Part shown: positions 27,253-40,344 of the stretch, piece by piece
Position numbering within the stretch: position 1 is the stretch's first letter
Layout: each line of letters starts with the position of its first letter
Source of the DNA: Mobula hypostoma
Lineage: Eukaryota
Direction: 5' to 3'
NCBI RefSeq assembly: GCF_963921235.1
Contig: NC_086108.1
Coordinates: forward strand, 8,866,001 to 8,930,000
DNA length: 64,000 bases
Notes under the pieces: generated by a model
What the model saw: the letters and a program-made list of their open reading frames with translations, nothing else
What the model was told of the DNA's origin: nothing
Databases searched by the model: none
Made by a program: the position numbers and the translations under genes

Positions 27253-27432
27253 CTGTATTTTGAGTTGCTTTTCCTTTTTCCGATCTCTTTCAGTTTTCTT
27301 CTCAGAAGAGGCAGCATTCCACACGTGCCCGTCTCCCGTTTCCGTGTGGTCACCGGCCGGCACAGTGCCCTCGTGTTCCTCGCCTTCGGAATCTTCTAAC
27401 AGACCCTGGCACAGTTCCTCAAGGACAGTTTC
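27253..27432 (-). CDS. NOP53: NOP53 exon 8 (ETVLEELCQGLLEDSEGEE...EKKTERDRKKEKQLKIQ)
   Basis: ctgcag acceptor, CAG|GTTGGT donor, 180 nt; ELC.GLLE and EKKTE motifs. Confidence 0.93.
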
Positions 27433-28409
27433 CTGCAGACACATTGGGCCAATTCTAGTTAGGACTAGTACAGATTCCTACAGTAGTTCTGAGCCAGGAG
27501 CCAGGACCCAGAGCAGATTACATTTCGCCGTATGCTTTGACATTTCGATGTAGACACAACAGATAAAGCTAATCCTTTTGGTGAATTAGGTGGGAAATAT
27601 AGATCCATCTGCACCTGGCAGAGCAAACCTGTGAAACTTAATCTCTCAGAGGGTAGACAAGGAAAGGGCCAAACAGAATAAAAACAACAATCACTGGAGG
27701 CTGGAGGCCTGACGTCTGAATGTCTGATAGTCCGGGGGTGTGGAGGCCCAGATCCCTGCCTATCAACTCCCCCTGGTGCCCTTCCTCCTTCCCTTTCTCC
27801 CACGGTTCACCCTCCACTCATTAGATTCTTTCCTCTCCAGCCCTTTACCTTTCCACACACTCAGGACGCTGAGTCAAGTTTTCCCTCATGTTCCCCTTAA
27901 ACTTTCAAACTTTCACCCTTAACCATGAACTATAGTTGTAGTCCCACCCAACCTCAGTGGAAAAAACGTGCTTGCATTTACCCTAACTAAACTCCTCATA
28001 GTTTTGTATACCCTATCAAATCTCCCCTCAATCTTCTACATTCCAAAGAATAAAGTCCTAACCTATTCAACCTTTTCTTATAACTGGAGGACACATCAGG
28101 CCCTCCAGTCCTGGCAACATCCTTGTAAATTTTCTCTGCACTCTTTCAATCTTATTTACATCTTTACTGTAAGTTGGTGACCAAAACTGCATGCAATACT
28201 CCAAATTAGGCCTCACCAACATCTTATACAATTTCACCATAACATAACAAGCACTTCAAAGGAATCAGAAAGTATAAAAATATATTTTTTTAAAAGTGCT
28301 TCAAATGATCACTTGTTACCCCCAGCACATCCTTAAGTGGTATTGGCTGTTAACATTTCACCGTATGTTTTAATGTACATGTGGTTAATAAATCTGAAAC
28401 CACTCTCAC

Positions 28410-28514
28410 CTTTGTTGCAAGTTCAGTTGAAGATGGTAAAGATAACTGACGATCAATTTTCTCCTCAGCTCTCAGTTTCTTAACTTCCACTTCATGAGCA
28501 GTGAGGAGCAGAGC
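28410..28514 (-). CDS. NOP53: NOP53 exon 7 (ALLLTAHEVEVKKLRAEEKIDRQLSLPSSTELATK)
   Basis: cccacag acceptor, AAG|GTGAGA donor, 105 nt; AHEVE and RQL.LP motifs. Confidence 0.94.
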
Positions 28515-28654
28515 CTGTGGGAACAAGAGGTCTTTTAGAACAGAATTAAACTGCAACAAAAATGCTATTAAGTAAATGTACTGTCCAACACTGAACTCTG
28601 TGTATTACTTATGCACAGAGCAAGAAAAACAACAGAGTAGTCCAAGTAAACATA

Positions 28655-29070
28655 TTCTGTCTGGGTAGCCTCCAACCTGATGGCATGAATGTCGATTTCT
28701 CCTTCTGGTAAAAACAAATTACCCCTCTCCCCTCTTCTATTCCCCTCTTCTCACCTTCCTATATCCTTCTCCTGGTGCCCTTCCTCCTTCCCTTTCTCCT
28801 ATGGTCCACTCTCCTCTTTGTTCTTCTCCAGCCCTTGATCCTTCCCTCCCACCTGGCTTCTCCTATCACCATCCAGCTAACCTCCTTCCCTTCCCCCCAC
28901 CATCTTATTCTGGCATCTTCCCCCTTCCTTTCCAGTCCTGAAGAAGGGTCTCAGCCCATAACATTGACTGTTTATATGTTTCCATTGATGCTGCCTGACC
29001 TGCTGAGGTCCTCCAGCATTTTGTGCGTGTTGCTTTGGATTTCCAGCATTGGAAGAATTTCTGCTGTTTA
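28655..29070 (+). mobile_element. Penelope-like 3' fragment
   Basis: CTGGGTAGCCTCCAACCTGATGGCATGAA (GSLQPDGM) followed by a pyrimidine-rich UTR and a degenerate terminal repeat. Confidence 0.75.
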
Positions 29071-29329
29071 TAATTAAACTTTTTTTTTGCTCTCTTTTTG
29101 CATTACTTATTTAATCAAACTTTTCAAATAAATATATTTCTGATTGTAATTTATTATTTGTTATTACACTCAGACTGCACTTAACGCTGAGGATACAATG
29201 CTTGGACGTGGAGCAGTGTGTAAATCAGACTTATGCAGGGTCATTATGACATTACGTAAATGGATATGTGGTCTATAAAAAAAATCAAACCCAAGTATAT
29301 GACATATTATTTTATGTACACAGATACAG

Positions 29330-29895
29330 TAGACACTTCACCTACGAGTCTGTTGGTGTCATTTACTGTATCTGGTGCTCCTGGTGTGGCCTCCTGTATA
29401 CTGGTGAGACCCGAAATAGAGTGGGAGACCACTTCACCGAGCAGCTGTGCTCCGTCCGCCAGGAAAAGCGGGATCTCCCAGTGGCCAACCATTTGAATTT
29501 CGCTTCCCATTCCAACATGTCAATCCACGGCCCCCTCTACTGTCGCGATGAGGCCACACTCAGGTTGGAGAAGCAACACTTTATATTCCGCCTGGGCAGT
29601 CTCTAACCTGACGGCATGAACATCGATTTCTCGGACTTCCGGTAATGCCCCCACCTCTCCTTCCCCATTTCCCATCCCCTTTTCCCTCTCTCGCCTATCT
29701 CCCTGCTTGCCCATCACCCCCCTCTGGTGCTCCTCCCTCTTTCCTTTCTTCTATGGCCTTCTGTCCTCTCCTATTAGATTCCCCCATCTCCAGCCCTGTA
29801 CCAATCAGCTTCCCAACCCTTCACCCCTCGCCTGGTTTCAACCATCACCTTCTGTTTCTCCCTCTCCTCCCCCTACCTTCTAACTCACTCATCTT
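29330..29895 (+). mobile_element. Penelope-like GIY-YIG fragment
   Basis: ORF 29268-29606 contains VIYCIWCSWCGLLYTGETR...RLEKQHFIFRLGSL. Confidence 0.8.
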
Positions 29896-30787
29896 TTTGG
29901 TCCGGTGCAGGTCGATGGGAGAAGGCAGTTTAAATGGTTTGGCACAGACTAGATGAGCCAAAGATTCTGTAACCATGCTGTACTTTTCCATGACTCTTAT
30001 GTACTTTGATTAAAAAGCCTTGACCATTCAAGTAAATGAGAGGGCAACATTATAAAGGTCTCTAAAATTCTGTAAGGACTAGATAAGGTGGATGCTAACT
30101 GTCTTTTCCCAAGAGTGGAAGAGACCAAAGCTAGGGGTGGCATAGGTTTAGGGTGAAAGGGGTAAGATTTAAAAGGAAACTGAGGGGCAAATCTTTCCGT
30201 GCAGAAACTGAAGAGTGCATGGAACATGCTGCCAGAGGAAGTGGTTGAGGCAGGTACAATGGTATCATCTAATTAGCATGCTGGGTTGGAAGGTTAATTG
30301 GTCATATGGGCACAATTTGGCAGCATGGTCTCGCTGGGTTGGTAGGGCATTACCACGCTCTATCTGCAAAATAAATAAATAATACCATAAAATAAAGGCC
30401 CTTCAGTCTATCTAGCCCATGCCTACCCATTTAAACTGCCTACTTCCATCAATCCACATCAGGACCATAGATCTCCATATCTCTATTTATGCACCTTACA
30501 AACTTCACTTAAACATTGAAATCAAGCTCACATGCACCACTTGTACTGGCAGCTCGTTCCACACTCTCACCGCCCTCTGAGTGAAGAAATCTCTCCTCAT
30601 GTTCCCCTTAAACTTTTCCCTTTCACCCTTAACCTATGACCCCTGGTTGTAGTCCCACCTAACCTCAGTGAAATCAGCCTGCTTACATTTACCCTATCTA
30701 TACCCCTCATAATTTTGTACATCTCTATTAAATATCCCCTCAATCTTCTACATTCCAAGGAATAAAGCCCGAACCTATTCAATAATT

Positions 30788-31470
30788 AAGGATAGGAGAA
30801 GATGGCAGCGTGACGCAGCTCGCAGTGGCCACTCTGGTGGTGATGTCTGTTATTTGTCAAGTAGGGTGCCGTGCACAATCCTGATTTGATGGAGACCGAC
30901 GTGAAAGCACGGAGGAACATCTGGTGAAACTTCTGAAATGCCTGCTTCGCTGCTGCTACTACTGTGTGGTCCAGAATCTCCAGAGGGGAAGGCCCCGAGT
31001 CCTCGGCTTCGCTTGCTGCTCCACAGCTGGGGCGGGGTCGAAGCGCTGGGCAGGAGATGGTGCTCAGTGCTCGGTGTCGAAGGGCTGGTTGGAGGCTCAA
31101 AGTTTTCGGACGGACTCAAGAGTCTGCTGCGGTCGGGTGCTTCTAATGGTGCTGCATCGGCAAGTTTGCGGTGCTTGGAGGTTCATGGCAGGGAGAGTTT
31201 CTCCCTTCTACCGTCTGCGTGAGATGATGAGGTTATCGGGACTTTGAGACTTTTTTTTACCGTGCCCATGGTCTGCTCTTTATCAAATTATGGTATTGCT
31301 TTGCACTGTTGTAACTATATGTTATAATTATGTGGTTTTGTCGGTTTTAGTCTTGGTTTGTCCTGTGTTTTCTTGTGATATCATTCCGGAGGAACACTGT
31401 ATCATTTTTAAATGCATGCATTTCTAAATGACAATAAATGAGGACTAAGTGTCCTCATAATCTAAATCTA
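30788..31470 (+). mobile_element. ~680-bp non-coding interspersed element (related copy ~46030-46660)
   Basis: Shared blocks such as CTGATTTGATGGAGA..GACGTGAAAGCAC and a 3' AATGACAATAAA.GAGGACT...(AATCT)n end; both copies interrupt CR1 fragments. Confidence 0.7.
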
Positions 31471-32021
31471 AAATCTTTCCTTATAACTCAGGTCCTCCAA
31501 TCCCAGCAACATCCCTGTAAATTTTCTCTGTACTCTTTCAATCTTGTTTATATCTTTCCTGTAGTTAAGTGACCAAAACTGCACACAACACTCCAAATTA
31601 GGCCTCACCATTGTCTTCTACAACTTTAACATAACATCCCATCTCCAGTACTCAATACTTTGATTTATGAAGGTCAATGTGGCAAAAGCTTTCTTTACAA
31701 CCCTACCCGTGTCGCAACATTCAACAAATTATGGACCTGTATCCCCAGATCCCTTTTGTTCGACCACACTCCTCAATGCTCTACTGTTCACTGTGTAAAA
31801 CCTACCCTGGTTGGCATACCAAAGTGCAAAACCTCACACTTGTCTGTATTAAATTCCATCTGCCTTTCCTCAGCCCATTTTTCCAGCTGATGCAGATCCC
31901 TCTCCAAGCCATGATAGCCTCTGCCCGTGTGCAGGAATATTTTTTCCAGGCAACAGACATAGTCTTCCATGTCACTGTAAGCTGTGTTGCCAGGACACAA
32001 CACAGCCTTTCATCAGCATAC

Positions 32022-32117
32022 CTGATGAGCTTCAAATGTTGGGTTGTACGAACCGCCTGGGGCAATCACTTCTATCGCAGACACTTGCGAGGGTCTCTGG
32101 TTCAGTTTCTCTGGGCG
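32022..32117 (-). CDS. NOP53: NOP53 exon 6 (RPEKLNQRPSQVSAIEVIAPGGSYNPTFEAHQ)
   Basis: Strong polypyrimidine acceptor, CAG|GTATGC donor, 96 nt; conserved G.SYNP.FE.HQ motif. Confidence 0.95.
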
Positions 32118-32299
32118 CTGTGTAAGAGAAAGAACAAAAATTAAAGGAGTTTGTATCCTGTGATGCAACAAAAAAATCATATTTATTCATATCCAGACTG
32201 AAAACATTTCAAGATATGAAAAAAACACTCTTTGCTCACTGCAGAAGAAAGAACTGTGACTAGATTATTGTCCTACCTCATTCAGTGTAAAAGACAGTG

Positions 32300-33830
32300 T
32301 ATAAAAGCAAGGATATAATGTTGAGGCTTTATAAAGCACTGGCGGGGCCTCACTTGAGAGTATTGTGAGCAGTTTTGTACCCCTTATCTAAGAAAGGATG
32401 TGCTGACATTGGAGAGATACAAAGTAAATGGCAGGATACTTGGTAGTGTGGAGGAGCAGAGGGATCTGGGGGTACATGTCCATAGATCCCTGAAAGTTGC
32501 CTCACAGGTGGATGGGGTAGTTAAGAAAGCTTATGGGGTGTTAGCTTTCATAAGTCGAGGGATAGAGTTTAAGAGTGGCGATGTAATGAAACTCTATAGA
32601 AAGGATGTGGAAGCATTGGAAAGGGTACAGAGGAGATTTACCAGGATGCTGCCTGGTTTAGAGAGTATGGATTATGATCAGAGATTAAGGGAGCTAGGGC
32701 TTTACTCTTTGGAGAGAAGGAGGATGAGAGGAGACATGATAGAGGTGTACAAGATAATAAGAGAATAGATAGAGTGGATAGCCAGCGCCTCTTCCCCAGG
32801 GCACCACTGCTTAAGGTAAGGGGTGGAAAGTTCAAGGGGGATATTAGAGAAAGGTTTTTTACTCAGAGAGTGGTTGGTGCGTGGAATGCACTGCCTGAGT
32901 CAGTGGTGGAGGCAGATACACTCGTGAAGTTTGAGAGACTACCAGACAGGTATATGGAGGAATTTAAGGTGGGGGGTTATATGGGAGGCAGGGTTTGAGG
33001 GTCGGCACAACTCTGTGGGCTGAGGGGCCTGTAATGTGCTGTACTATTCTATGTTCTACATTCTATGATTCAGAGGAGGTTCACAAGAATGATTACAGGA
33101 ATGAAAGGGTTATCATATGAGGAGCGATTGACGTCTCCTGTACGTACTTGAATTTCCTAAGGAAAAAAGGCTGAGTTCACTCAACCTATTCTCATAAGGC
33201 ATGCTCCCCAATCGAGGGGAGCTCCTCTGCACCCTGTCTATGGTTTCCACATCCTTCCTGTGGTGAGGTGACCAGAACTGAGCACAGTACTCCAAGTGGG
33301 GTCTGACCAGCGTCCTATATAGCTGCAACATTACCTCTCAGCTCTTAAACTCAGTCCCACGATTGCTGAAGGCCAATACACCATATGCTTTCTTAACCAC
33401 AGAGTGAACCTGCACAGCAGCTTCCAGTGTCCGATGGACTCGGACCCCAAGATCTATGAGATAATGTTGCAGCTCTATAAAACCCTGGTTAGACCACACT
33501 TGGAATATGGTGTTCAGTTCTGGTTGCCTTATTATAGCAAGGATGTAGCAGTTTTAGAGAGCGTGTAGAGAAGATGTACCACAATGTTGCTTGGATTAGA
33601 GAGCCCGTCTTATGAGGATAGGCTGAGCAAGCTGGGACTTTTCTCTTTGGAGCGAGAAGATGAGGGATGACTCGATAGAGGTATAGAAGAGGCACAGATT
33701 GAATGGAGAGCCAGGGACTTACCTTCCCCCAGGATGGAATTGGCTAACGGCAGGGAGCATAATTTAAAGGTGATTGGAGGAAAGTATGGGGGTAGGGAAT
33801 GTCAGGGTTAAGTTTTTTTGCCCAGAGCGG
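32300..33830. mobile_element. Cluster of nested or fragmented CR1-type LINE 3' pieces
   Basis: Several ORF fragments with RPHLEYC..FWSP, ERVQRRFTRMLPG and FFTQRVV on both strands. Confidence 0.8.
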
Positions 33831-34682
33831 TGGGTGAGCGATAGGATAATGGAGGCCTACAGAGGAGGGAAGGGTTAGATTGACCTTCTGTCTGAGGCCT
33901 CCAATGGTCAGAGTTGACCCAGCTACCTAGATATGCAAGCCTGGGCAGTACGATATGGACAGCAAGCTGTTGCCCATGAAGCAAGCTCCCCCTCTCCACA
34001 CACCTGATGAGCCCGAAGGCACAGCAGAAACTAATTTAGTTTGGTACCAACAGCATCACAGGAGCTGCCAGTCAGCATTAAACTCAATGTAGAACTGCCT
34101 TACGAGACGCCAGCTCCAGAATTTTTCCTTCGAAGCTTACTCCCAAAGCCTTCCCCATGAGTGGGTATAGCCGCAGGGTTTGAAGGTTTGAGATCAGAGT
34201 TTTCCTTCTCCAAGATGAGCTGCTAACCATGGCTGATGAGCCCCATCTGCCCAAAGCAACTGGTTTTAAGGTGCCAGTAACCTGCCTTTGCCCCTTCTCC
34301 TGTCAGTAGAAACAGTTCCATCGGGCTTAGTAGCTCAGCCACACATGAAGGCCAGGAGCTAGAGTTTGTTGTTATAGCCGGGGGTGGTAATGGGACAAGC
34401 TCCCACTACCTATTAAGTGCTCCCAATGGCATGCACTAGATTGACCTTGGGGTAAGTTAATATCAGCACAATATCATGAGCCAAAGGACCTGTACAGTGT
34501 CGCAATATTCTTTCTACAATTGATGAAAAATGGAGGGTTATGTAGAACAGTGGTCCCCAACCACCGGGCCGTAAAGCATGTGCTACCAGGCCACAAGGAA
34601 ATGATATGATTTGGCGATATGAAACGACACGAGTCAGCTGCACCTTTCCTCATTCCCTGTCATGCACTGTTTGACTTGAACA

Positions 34683-35145
34683 TAGGGTTGCCAACTGTCC
34701 CATATTTCCCCCGCTAAGGTACAGCGTTCCTATGAAACCGTTCATAAGCCGAAATGGCGTAAAGCGAAGAAGCAATTACCATTAATTTATATGGGAAAAA
34801 TCTTTGAGCGTTCCCAGACCCAAAAAATAACCTACCAAATCATACCAAATAACACATAAAACCTAAGATAACACTAACATATAGTAAAAGCAGGAATGAT
34901 ATGATAAATACACAGCCTATATAAAGTAGAAATAATGTATGTACAGTGTAGTTTCACTTAACAGAATCGGGAAGATTAAGCCAAAACCGATTTGTAGAAA
35001 AAAAATCGGCACGTCACGCGTGCACACACAGGTGCCCATGCAAGGCTTCATGGTCATGGAAGTCTTTCACAGAGTAAACACAAGTGTCCCATATTTGACT
35101 GCTACTTTTGTCCCTTATTTGGGAGCGAGAAAGTTGGCAACCCTA
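34683..35145. mobile_element. Non-autonomous hAT-family DNA transposon (Blackjack-like TIRs)
   Basis: TIRs TAGGGTTGCCAACT / AGTTGGCAACCCTA; 8-bp TSD CTTGAACA at 34675-34682 and 35146-35153. Confidence 0.88.
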
Positions 35146-35453
35146 CTTGAACACCCCCTCCCCAGTCCGCAAGAATATTGTCAATATTAAACTGATCCAT
35201 GGTCCCTGATGTAGAAGAGAAGGGTTGAAAGGTCAGCACAAATCATGAGCTGAAGGGCCTATATGATGCTGTAAAGTTCCATGTTCTAATCCTGCCGACT
35301 GCACTGGAGGCAGGAAATAGATTGGAAGGATAGGACCTCCAACTGAATGACTGACTTGCTCTTTACAGAGTGACAGAGGCAGCAGGTGCTCCTGTCACTA
35401 CGGTAGAAACTTGGTCCATTAAAACAGCTTTCGTAACTCTTTCACACACTTGC

Positions 35454-35524
35454 CTTTTGCCTTTTCCGCTTGGTCTGTTCCAGGAACCATTCCTCCTTGC
35501 CTTCAAGCTCTTTGTCAAGGGGAC
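35454..35524 (-). CDS. NOP53: NOP53 exon 5 (SPLDKELEGKEEWFLEQTKRKRQK), GC donor
   Basis: ttttgag acceptor; PLD and FLEQTK motifs; the AAG|GCAAGT donor (71 nt) gives the phase 0 that exon 6 needs, while the nearby GT does not. Confidence 0.88.
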
Positions 35525-36746
35525 CTCAAAAGACACAAGTAAACACAGCTGAGTGAAGCTACTTGCAATGATATAAAAAATACACAAAAAAATCAGCCAT
35601 AAGGAAAAACAGTAAATGCTGGGAAAAAGACCATAAGACATAGGAGCAGAATTAGGCCATCAAGCCCGCTCCGCCATTCTATCATGGCTGATTTATTATC
35701 CCTCTCAAGCCCATTTTCCTGCCTTCTCTCCTTAACCTTTGGCACTCCTACTAATCAAGAACCTATCAACCTCTGCTTTAAATATACCCAATGAACTGGC
35801 CTCCACTACCATTTGTGGCAATGAATTCCACAGACGCAGCACCATCTTTGTTCTAACTGAATGCCCCTCCAGTCTGAGGCCATGCTCTCTGGTCCTACAC
35901 TCCCCTACTATAGGAAACATCCTCACCGCATCCACTCTACCATGGCCTTTCAATATTCGATAGGTTTCAATGAGATGCCCTCCACCCCTCAACCGGAGAT
36001 GTCTACAAAGCACTGGCCCGGTCTGTAAACTGCCGTGAGATGTTCTCATTGCGTCAGCCAAACACAAGACAATGTGGGTTATGTTAACCTGCCTAGATCA
36101 AGCCAGGCAACACCAAGTTATTATGACTGAGATCAAGGAAGCTTCCAAACCAGGTGGATTCTGATACTTAGCACAAACTTTGGAGAGCGCGGTAGCATAA
36201 TGGTATTTCAGTGCCAGTTTCAATTCCACTGACTGTAAGGCATTTGTACCCCTTGAGAGTGTGGGTTTCCTCCCGCATTCCAGCTCACTGGGTTGGGGAA
36301 GGCCTGTTACAGTACTGTATCTCGAAGTCCTACCCTATGTCCCCGTCACTGAGAGGTGGAAATGGGTACGGCCGGCTTACAGGGCTCTGGTGAAGCCATA
36401 CAGGCCAATCCCCTTACTATCTCTTATTCTCTTACTATCTCTTCTCTCAGTTAGCTCTGACGAAGGGTCCCAGCCCGAAACGTCGACTATACCTCTTCCT
36501 ATAGATGCTGCCTGGTCTGCTGCGTTCACCAGCATTTTTTGAATATCAGATAAGTGCCTGTTTCCTAGTTCCAAGCTGCATTTTAAATTTAATCTGCAAT
36601 CCATATTCAGATCTGCAGGTCGGTTGCTAAAGTTAATGTTCGCTACATACAGTATCTACCAAAATACACCCTACAGATCAAACCTTGCAAGGTGCATGTA
36701 GCAGACAATGAACACGCTCACACAAAATTGTGAAACTCTCTCTTAC

Positions 36747-36934
36747 TTGTGTTTGACCAAAGGTCATAGAAGCCTCGAGTGGGGTCATTGTTGGCGCTGG
36801 GCTTTGCTATCACTGCAGGCTTCTTCAGCCTGGCGAACAGCAGCCGTTCTTTCCGACGGACAATCCCAAAACGCTTCTCCTGGTCCGCTTTCTTCCTCAG
36901 CTTCCGACTGTTGGGAATCTGATGCGCTAAAATA
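36747..36934 (-). CDS. NOP53: NOP53 exon 4 (ILAHQIPNSRKLRKK...RGFYDLWSNT)
   Basis: caccag acceptor, A|GTAAG donor, 188 nt; LAHQ.PN and FYDLW motifs. Confidence 0.94.
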
Positions 36935-37089
36935 CTGGTGAGGATAGGATATACAAAAAAATTACACCTCTCTTGAAAAAGGAATGTTAGGCTGAAGATT
37001 ACAATAAAACATTTGATAAAATAAATGCAACATACATCAAAGTTGCTGGTGAACGCAGCAGGCCAAGCAGCAACTATAGGAAGAGGCGC

Positions 37090-37125
37090 AGTCGACGTTT
37101 CAGGCCGAGACCCTTCGTCAGGACT
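37090..37125 (-). ncRNA. Minimal type I hammerhead ribozyme motif (left arm, sense to NOP53 pre-mRNA)
   Basis: Exact reverse complement of 40309-40344. Confidence 0.8.
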
Positions 37126-40100
37126 AACTGAAGGAAGAGTGAGTAAGGGATTTGAAAGCTGGAGGGGGAGGGGGAGATGCAAAATGATAGGAGAAGACAG
37201 GAGGGGGAGGGATAGAGCCGAGAGCTGGACAGGTGATAGGCAAAAGGGGATACGAGAGGATCATGGGACAGGAGGTCTGGGAAGAAAGACAAGGGGGGGG
37301 GTGACCCAGAGGATGGGCAAGAGGTATATTCAGAGGGACAGAGGGAGAAAAAGGAGAGTGAGAGAAAGAATGTGTGCATAAAAATGAGTAACAGATGGGG
37401 TACGAGGGGGAGGTGGAGCTTTAGCGGAAGTTAGAGAAGTCGATGTTCATGCCATCAGGTTGGAGGCTACCCAGACGGAATATAAGGTGTTGTTCCTCTA
37501 ACCTGAGTGTAGCTTCATCTTTACAGTAGAGGAGGCCGTGGATAGACATGTCAGAATGGGAATGGGATGTGGAATTAAAATGTGTGACCACTGGGAGATC
37601 CTGCTTTCTCTGGCGGACAGAGCGTAGATGTTCAGCAAAGCGGTCTCCCAGTCTGCGTCGGGTCTCACCAATATATAAAAGGCCACATCGGGAGCACCGG
37701 ACGCAGTATATCACCCCAGTCGACTCACAGGTGAAGTGATGCCTCACCTGGAAGGACTGTTTGGGGCCCTGAATGGTGGTAAGGGAGGAAGTGTAAGAGC
37801 AGGTGTAGCACTTGTTCCGCTTACACGGATAAGTGCCAGGAGGGAGATCAGTGGGGAGGGATGGGGGGGACGAATGGACAAGGGAGTTGTGTAGGGAGCG
37901 ATCCCTGCGGAATGCAGAGAGAGGGGGGGAGGGAAAGATGTGCTTAGTGGTGGGATCCCGTTGGAGGTGGCGGAAGTTACGGAGAATAATATGTTGGACC
38001 CGGAGGCTGGTGGGGTGGTAGGTGAGGACCAGGGGAACCCTATTCCTAGTGGGGTGGTGGGAGGATGGAGTGAGAGCAGATATACGTGAAATGGGGGAGA
38101 TGCGTTTAAGAGCAGAGTTGATAGTGGAGGAAGGGAAGCCCCTTTCTTTAAAAAATGAAGACATCTCCCTCGTCCTAGAATGAAAAGCCTCATCCTGACA
38201 GCAGATGCGGCGGAGACGGAGGAATTGCGAGAAGGGGATGGCGTTTTTGCAAGAGACAGGGTGAGAAGAGGAATAGTCCAGATAGCTGTGAGAGTCAGTA
38301 GGCTTATAGTAGACATCAGTGGATAAGTTGTCTCCAGAGACAGAGACAGAAAGATCTAGAAAGGGGAGGGAGGCGTCGGAAATTACCAGGTAAACTTGAG
38401 GGCAGGGTGAAATTTGGAGGCAAAGTTAATAAAGTCAACGAGTTCTGCATGCTTGCAGGAAGCAGCGCCAATGCAGTCGTCGATGTAGCGAAGGAAAAGT
38501 GGGGGACAGATACCAGAATAGGCACGGAACATAGATTGTTCCACAAACCCAACAAAAAGGCAGGCATAGCTAGGACCCATACGGGTGCCCATAGCTACAC
38601 CTTTAGTTTGGAGGAAATGGGAGGAGCAAAAGGAGAAATTAAGAGTAAGGACTAATTCCACTAGACGGAGCAGAGTGGTGGTAGAGGGGAACAAAGCTTT
38701 CTCAAAGTTCTACGCTTCTTTTTGGATTCCAGACCTAATCAGTTCCCCTCTACCACCACTCTGCTCCGTCTAGCGGAATTAGTCCTTACTCTTAATAATT
38801 TCTCCTTTTGCTCCTCCCATTTCCTCCAAACTAAAGGTGTAGCTATGGGCACCCGTATGGGTCCTAGCTATGCCTGCCTTTTTGTTGGGTTTGTGGAACA
38901 ATCTATGTTCCGTGCCTATTCTGGTATCTGTCCCCCACTTTTCCTTCGCTACATCGACGACTGCATTGGCGCTGCTTCCTGCAAGCATGCAGAACTCGTT
39001 GACTTTATTAACTTTGCCTCCAAATTTCACCCTGCCCTCAAGTTTACCTGGTAATTTCCGACGCCTCCCTCCCCTTTCTAGATCTTTCTGTCTCTGTCTC
39101 TGGAGACAGCTTATCCACTGATGTCTACTATAAGCCTACTGACTCTCACAGCTATCTGGACTATTCCTCTTCTCACCCTGTCTCTTGCAAAAACGCCATC
39201 CCCTTCTCGCAATTCCTCCGTCTCCGCCGCATCTGCTGTCAGGATGAGGCTTTTCATTCTAGGACGAGGGAGATGTCTTCATTTTTTAAAGAAAGGGGCT
39301 TCCCTTCCTCCACTATCAACTCTGCTCTTAAACGCATCTCCCCCATTTCACGTATATCTGCTCTCACTCCATCCTCCCACCACCCCACTAGGAATAGGGT
39401 TCCCCTGGTCCTCACCTACCACCCCACCAGCCTCCGGGTCCAACATATTATTCTCCGTAACTTCCGCCACCTCCAACGGGATCCCACCACTAAGCACATC
39501 TTTCCCTCCCCCCTCTCTGCATTCCGCAGGGATCGCTCCCTACACAACTCCCTTGTCCATTCGTCCCCCCCATCCCTCCCCACTGATCTCCCTCCTGGCA
39601 CTTATCCGTGTAAGCGGAACAAGTGCTACACATGCCCTTACACTTCCTCTCTCACCACCATTCAGGGCCCCAAACAGTCCTTCCAGGTGAGGCATCACTT
39701 CACCTGTGAGTCGACTGGGGTGATATACTGCGTCCGGTGCTCCCGATGTGGCCTTTTATATATTGGTGAGACCCGACGCAGACTGGGAGACCGCTTTGCT
39801 GAACATCTACGCTCTGTCCGCCAGAGAAAGCAGGATCTCCCAGTGGCCACACATTTTAATTCCACATCCCATTCCCATTCTGATATGTCTATCCACGGCC
39901 TCCTCTACTGTAAAGATGAAGCCACACTCAGGTTGGAGGAACAACACCTTATATTCCGTCTGGGTAGCCTCCAACCTGATGGCATGAACATCGACTTCTC
40001 TAACTTCCGCTAAGGCCCCACCTCCCCCTCGTACCCCATCTGTTACTCATTTTTATGCACACATTCTTTCTCTCACTCTCCTTTTTCTCCCTCTGTCCCT

Positions 40101-40308
40101 CTGAATATACCTCTTGCCCATCCTCTGGGTCACCCCCCCCCTTGTCTTTCTTCCCAGACCTCCTGTCCCATGATCCTCTCGTATCCCCTTTTACCTATCA
40201 CCTGTCCAGCTCTCGGCTCTATCCCTCCCCCTCCTGTCTTCTCCTATCATTTTGCATCTCCCCCTCCCCCTCCAGCTTTCAAATCCCTTACTCACTCTTC
40301 CTTCAGTT

Positions 40309-40344
40309 AGTCCTGACGAAGGGTCTCGGCCTGAAACGTCGACT
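40309..40344 (+). ncRNA. Minimal type I hammerhead ribozyme motif in the Penelope-like terminal repeat
   Basis: AGTC-CTGACGA-AGGGTCTCGGCCT-GAAA-CG-TC|GACT: stem I AGTC/GACT, complete core, short stem II, palindromic minimal stem III. Confidence 0.8.

Noticed and set aside
34003..34045. Hammerhead-like CTGATGA GCC CGAA GGC ... GAAAC
   Set aside because: Six extra bases precede GAAA, there is no stem I, and the paralogous copy near 60020-60046 has GAGAC.
37744..39690. 190-aa and 189-aa alternate-frame ORFs in the palindrome
   Set aside because: Off-frame readings of the Penelope-like coding sequence.
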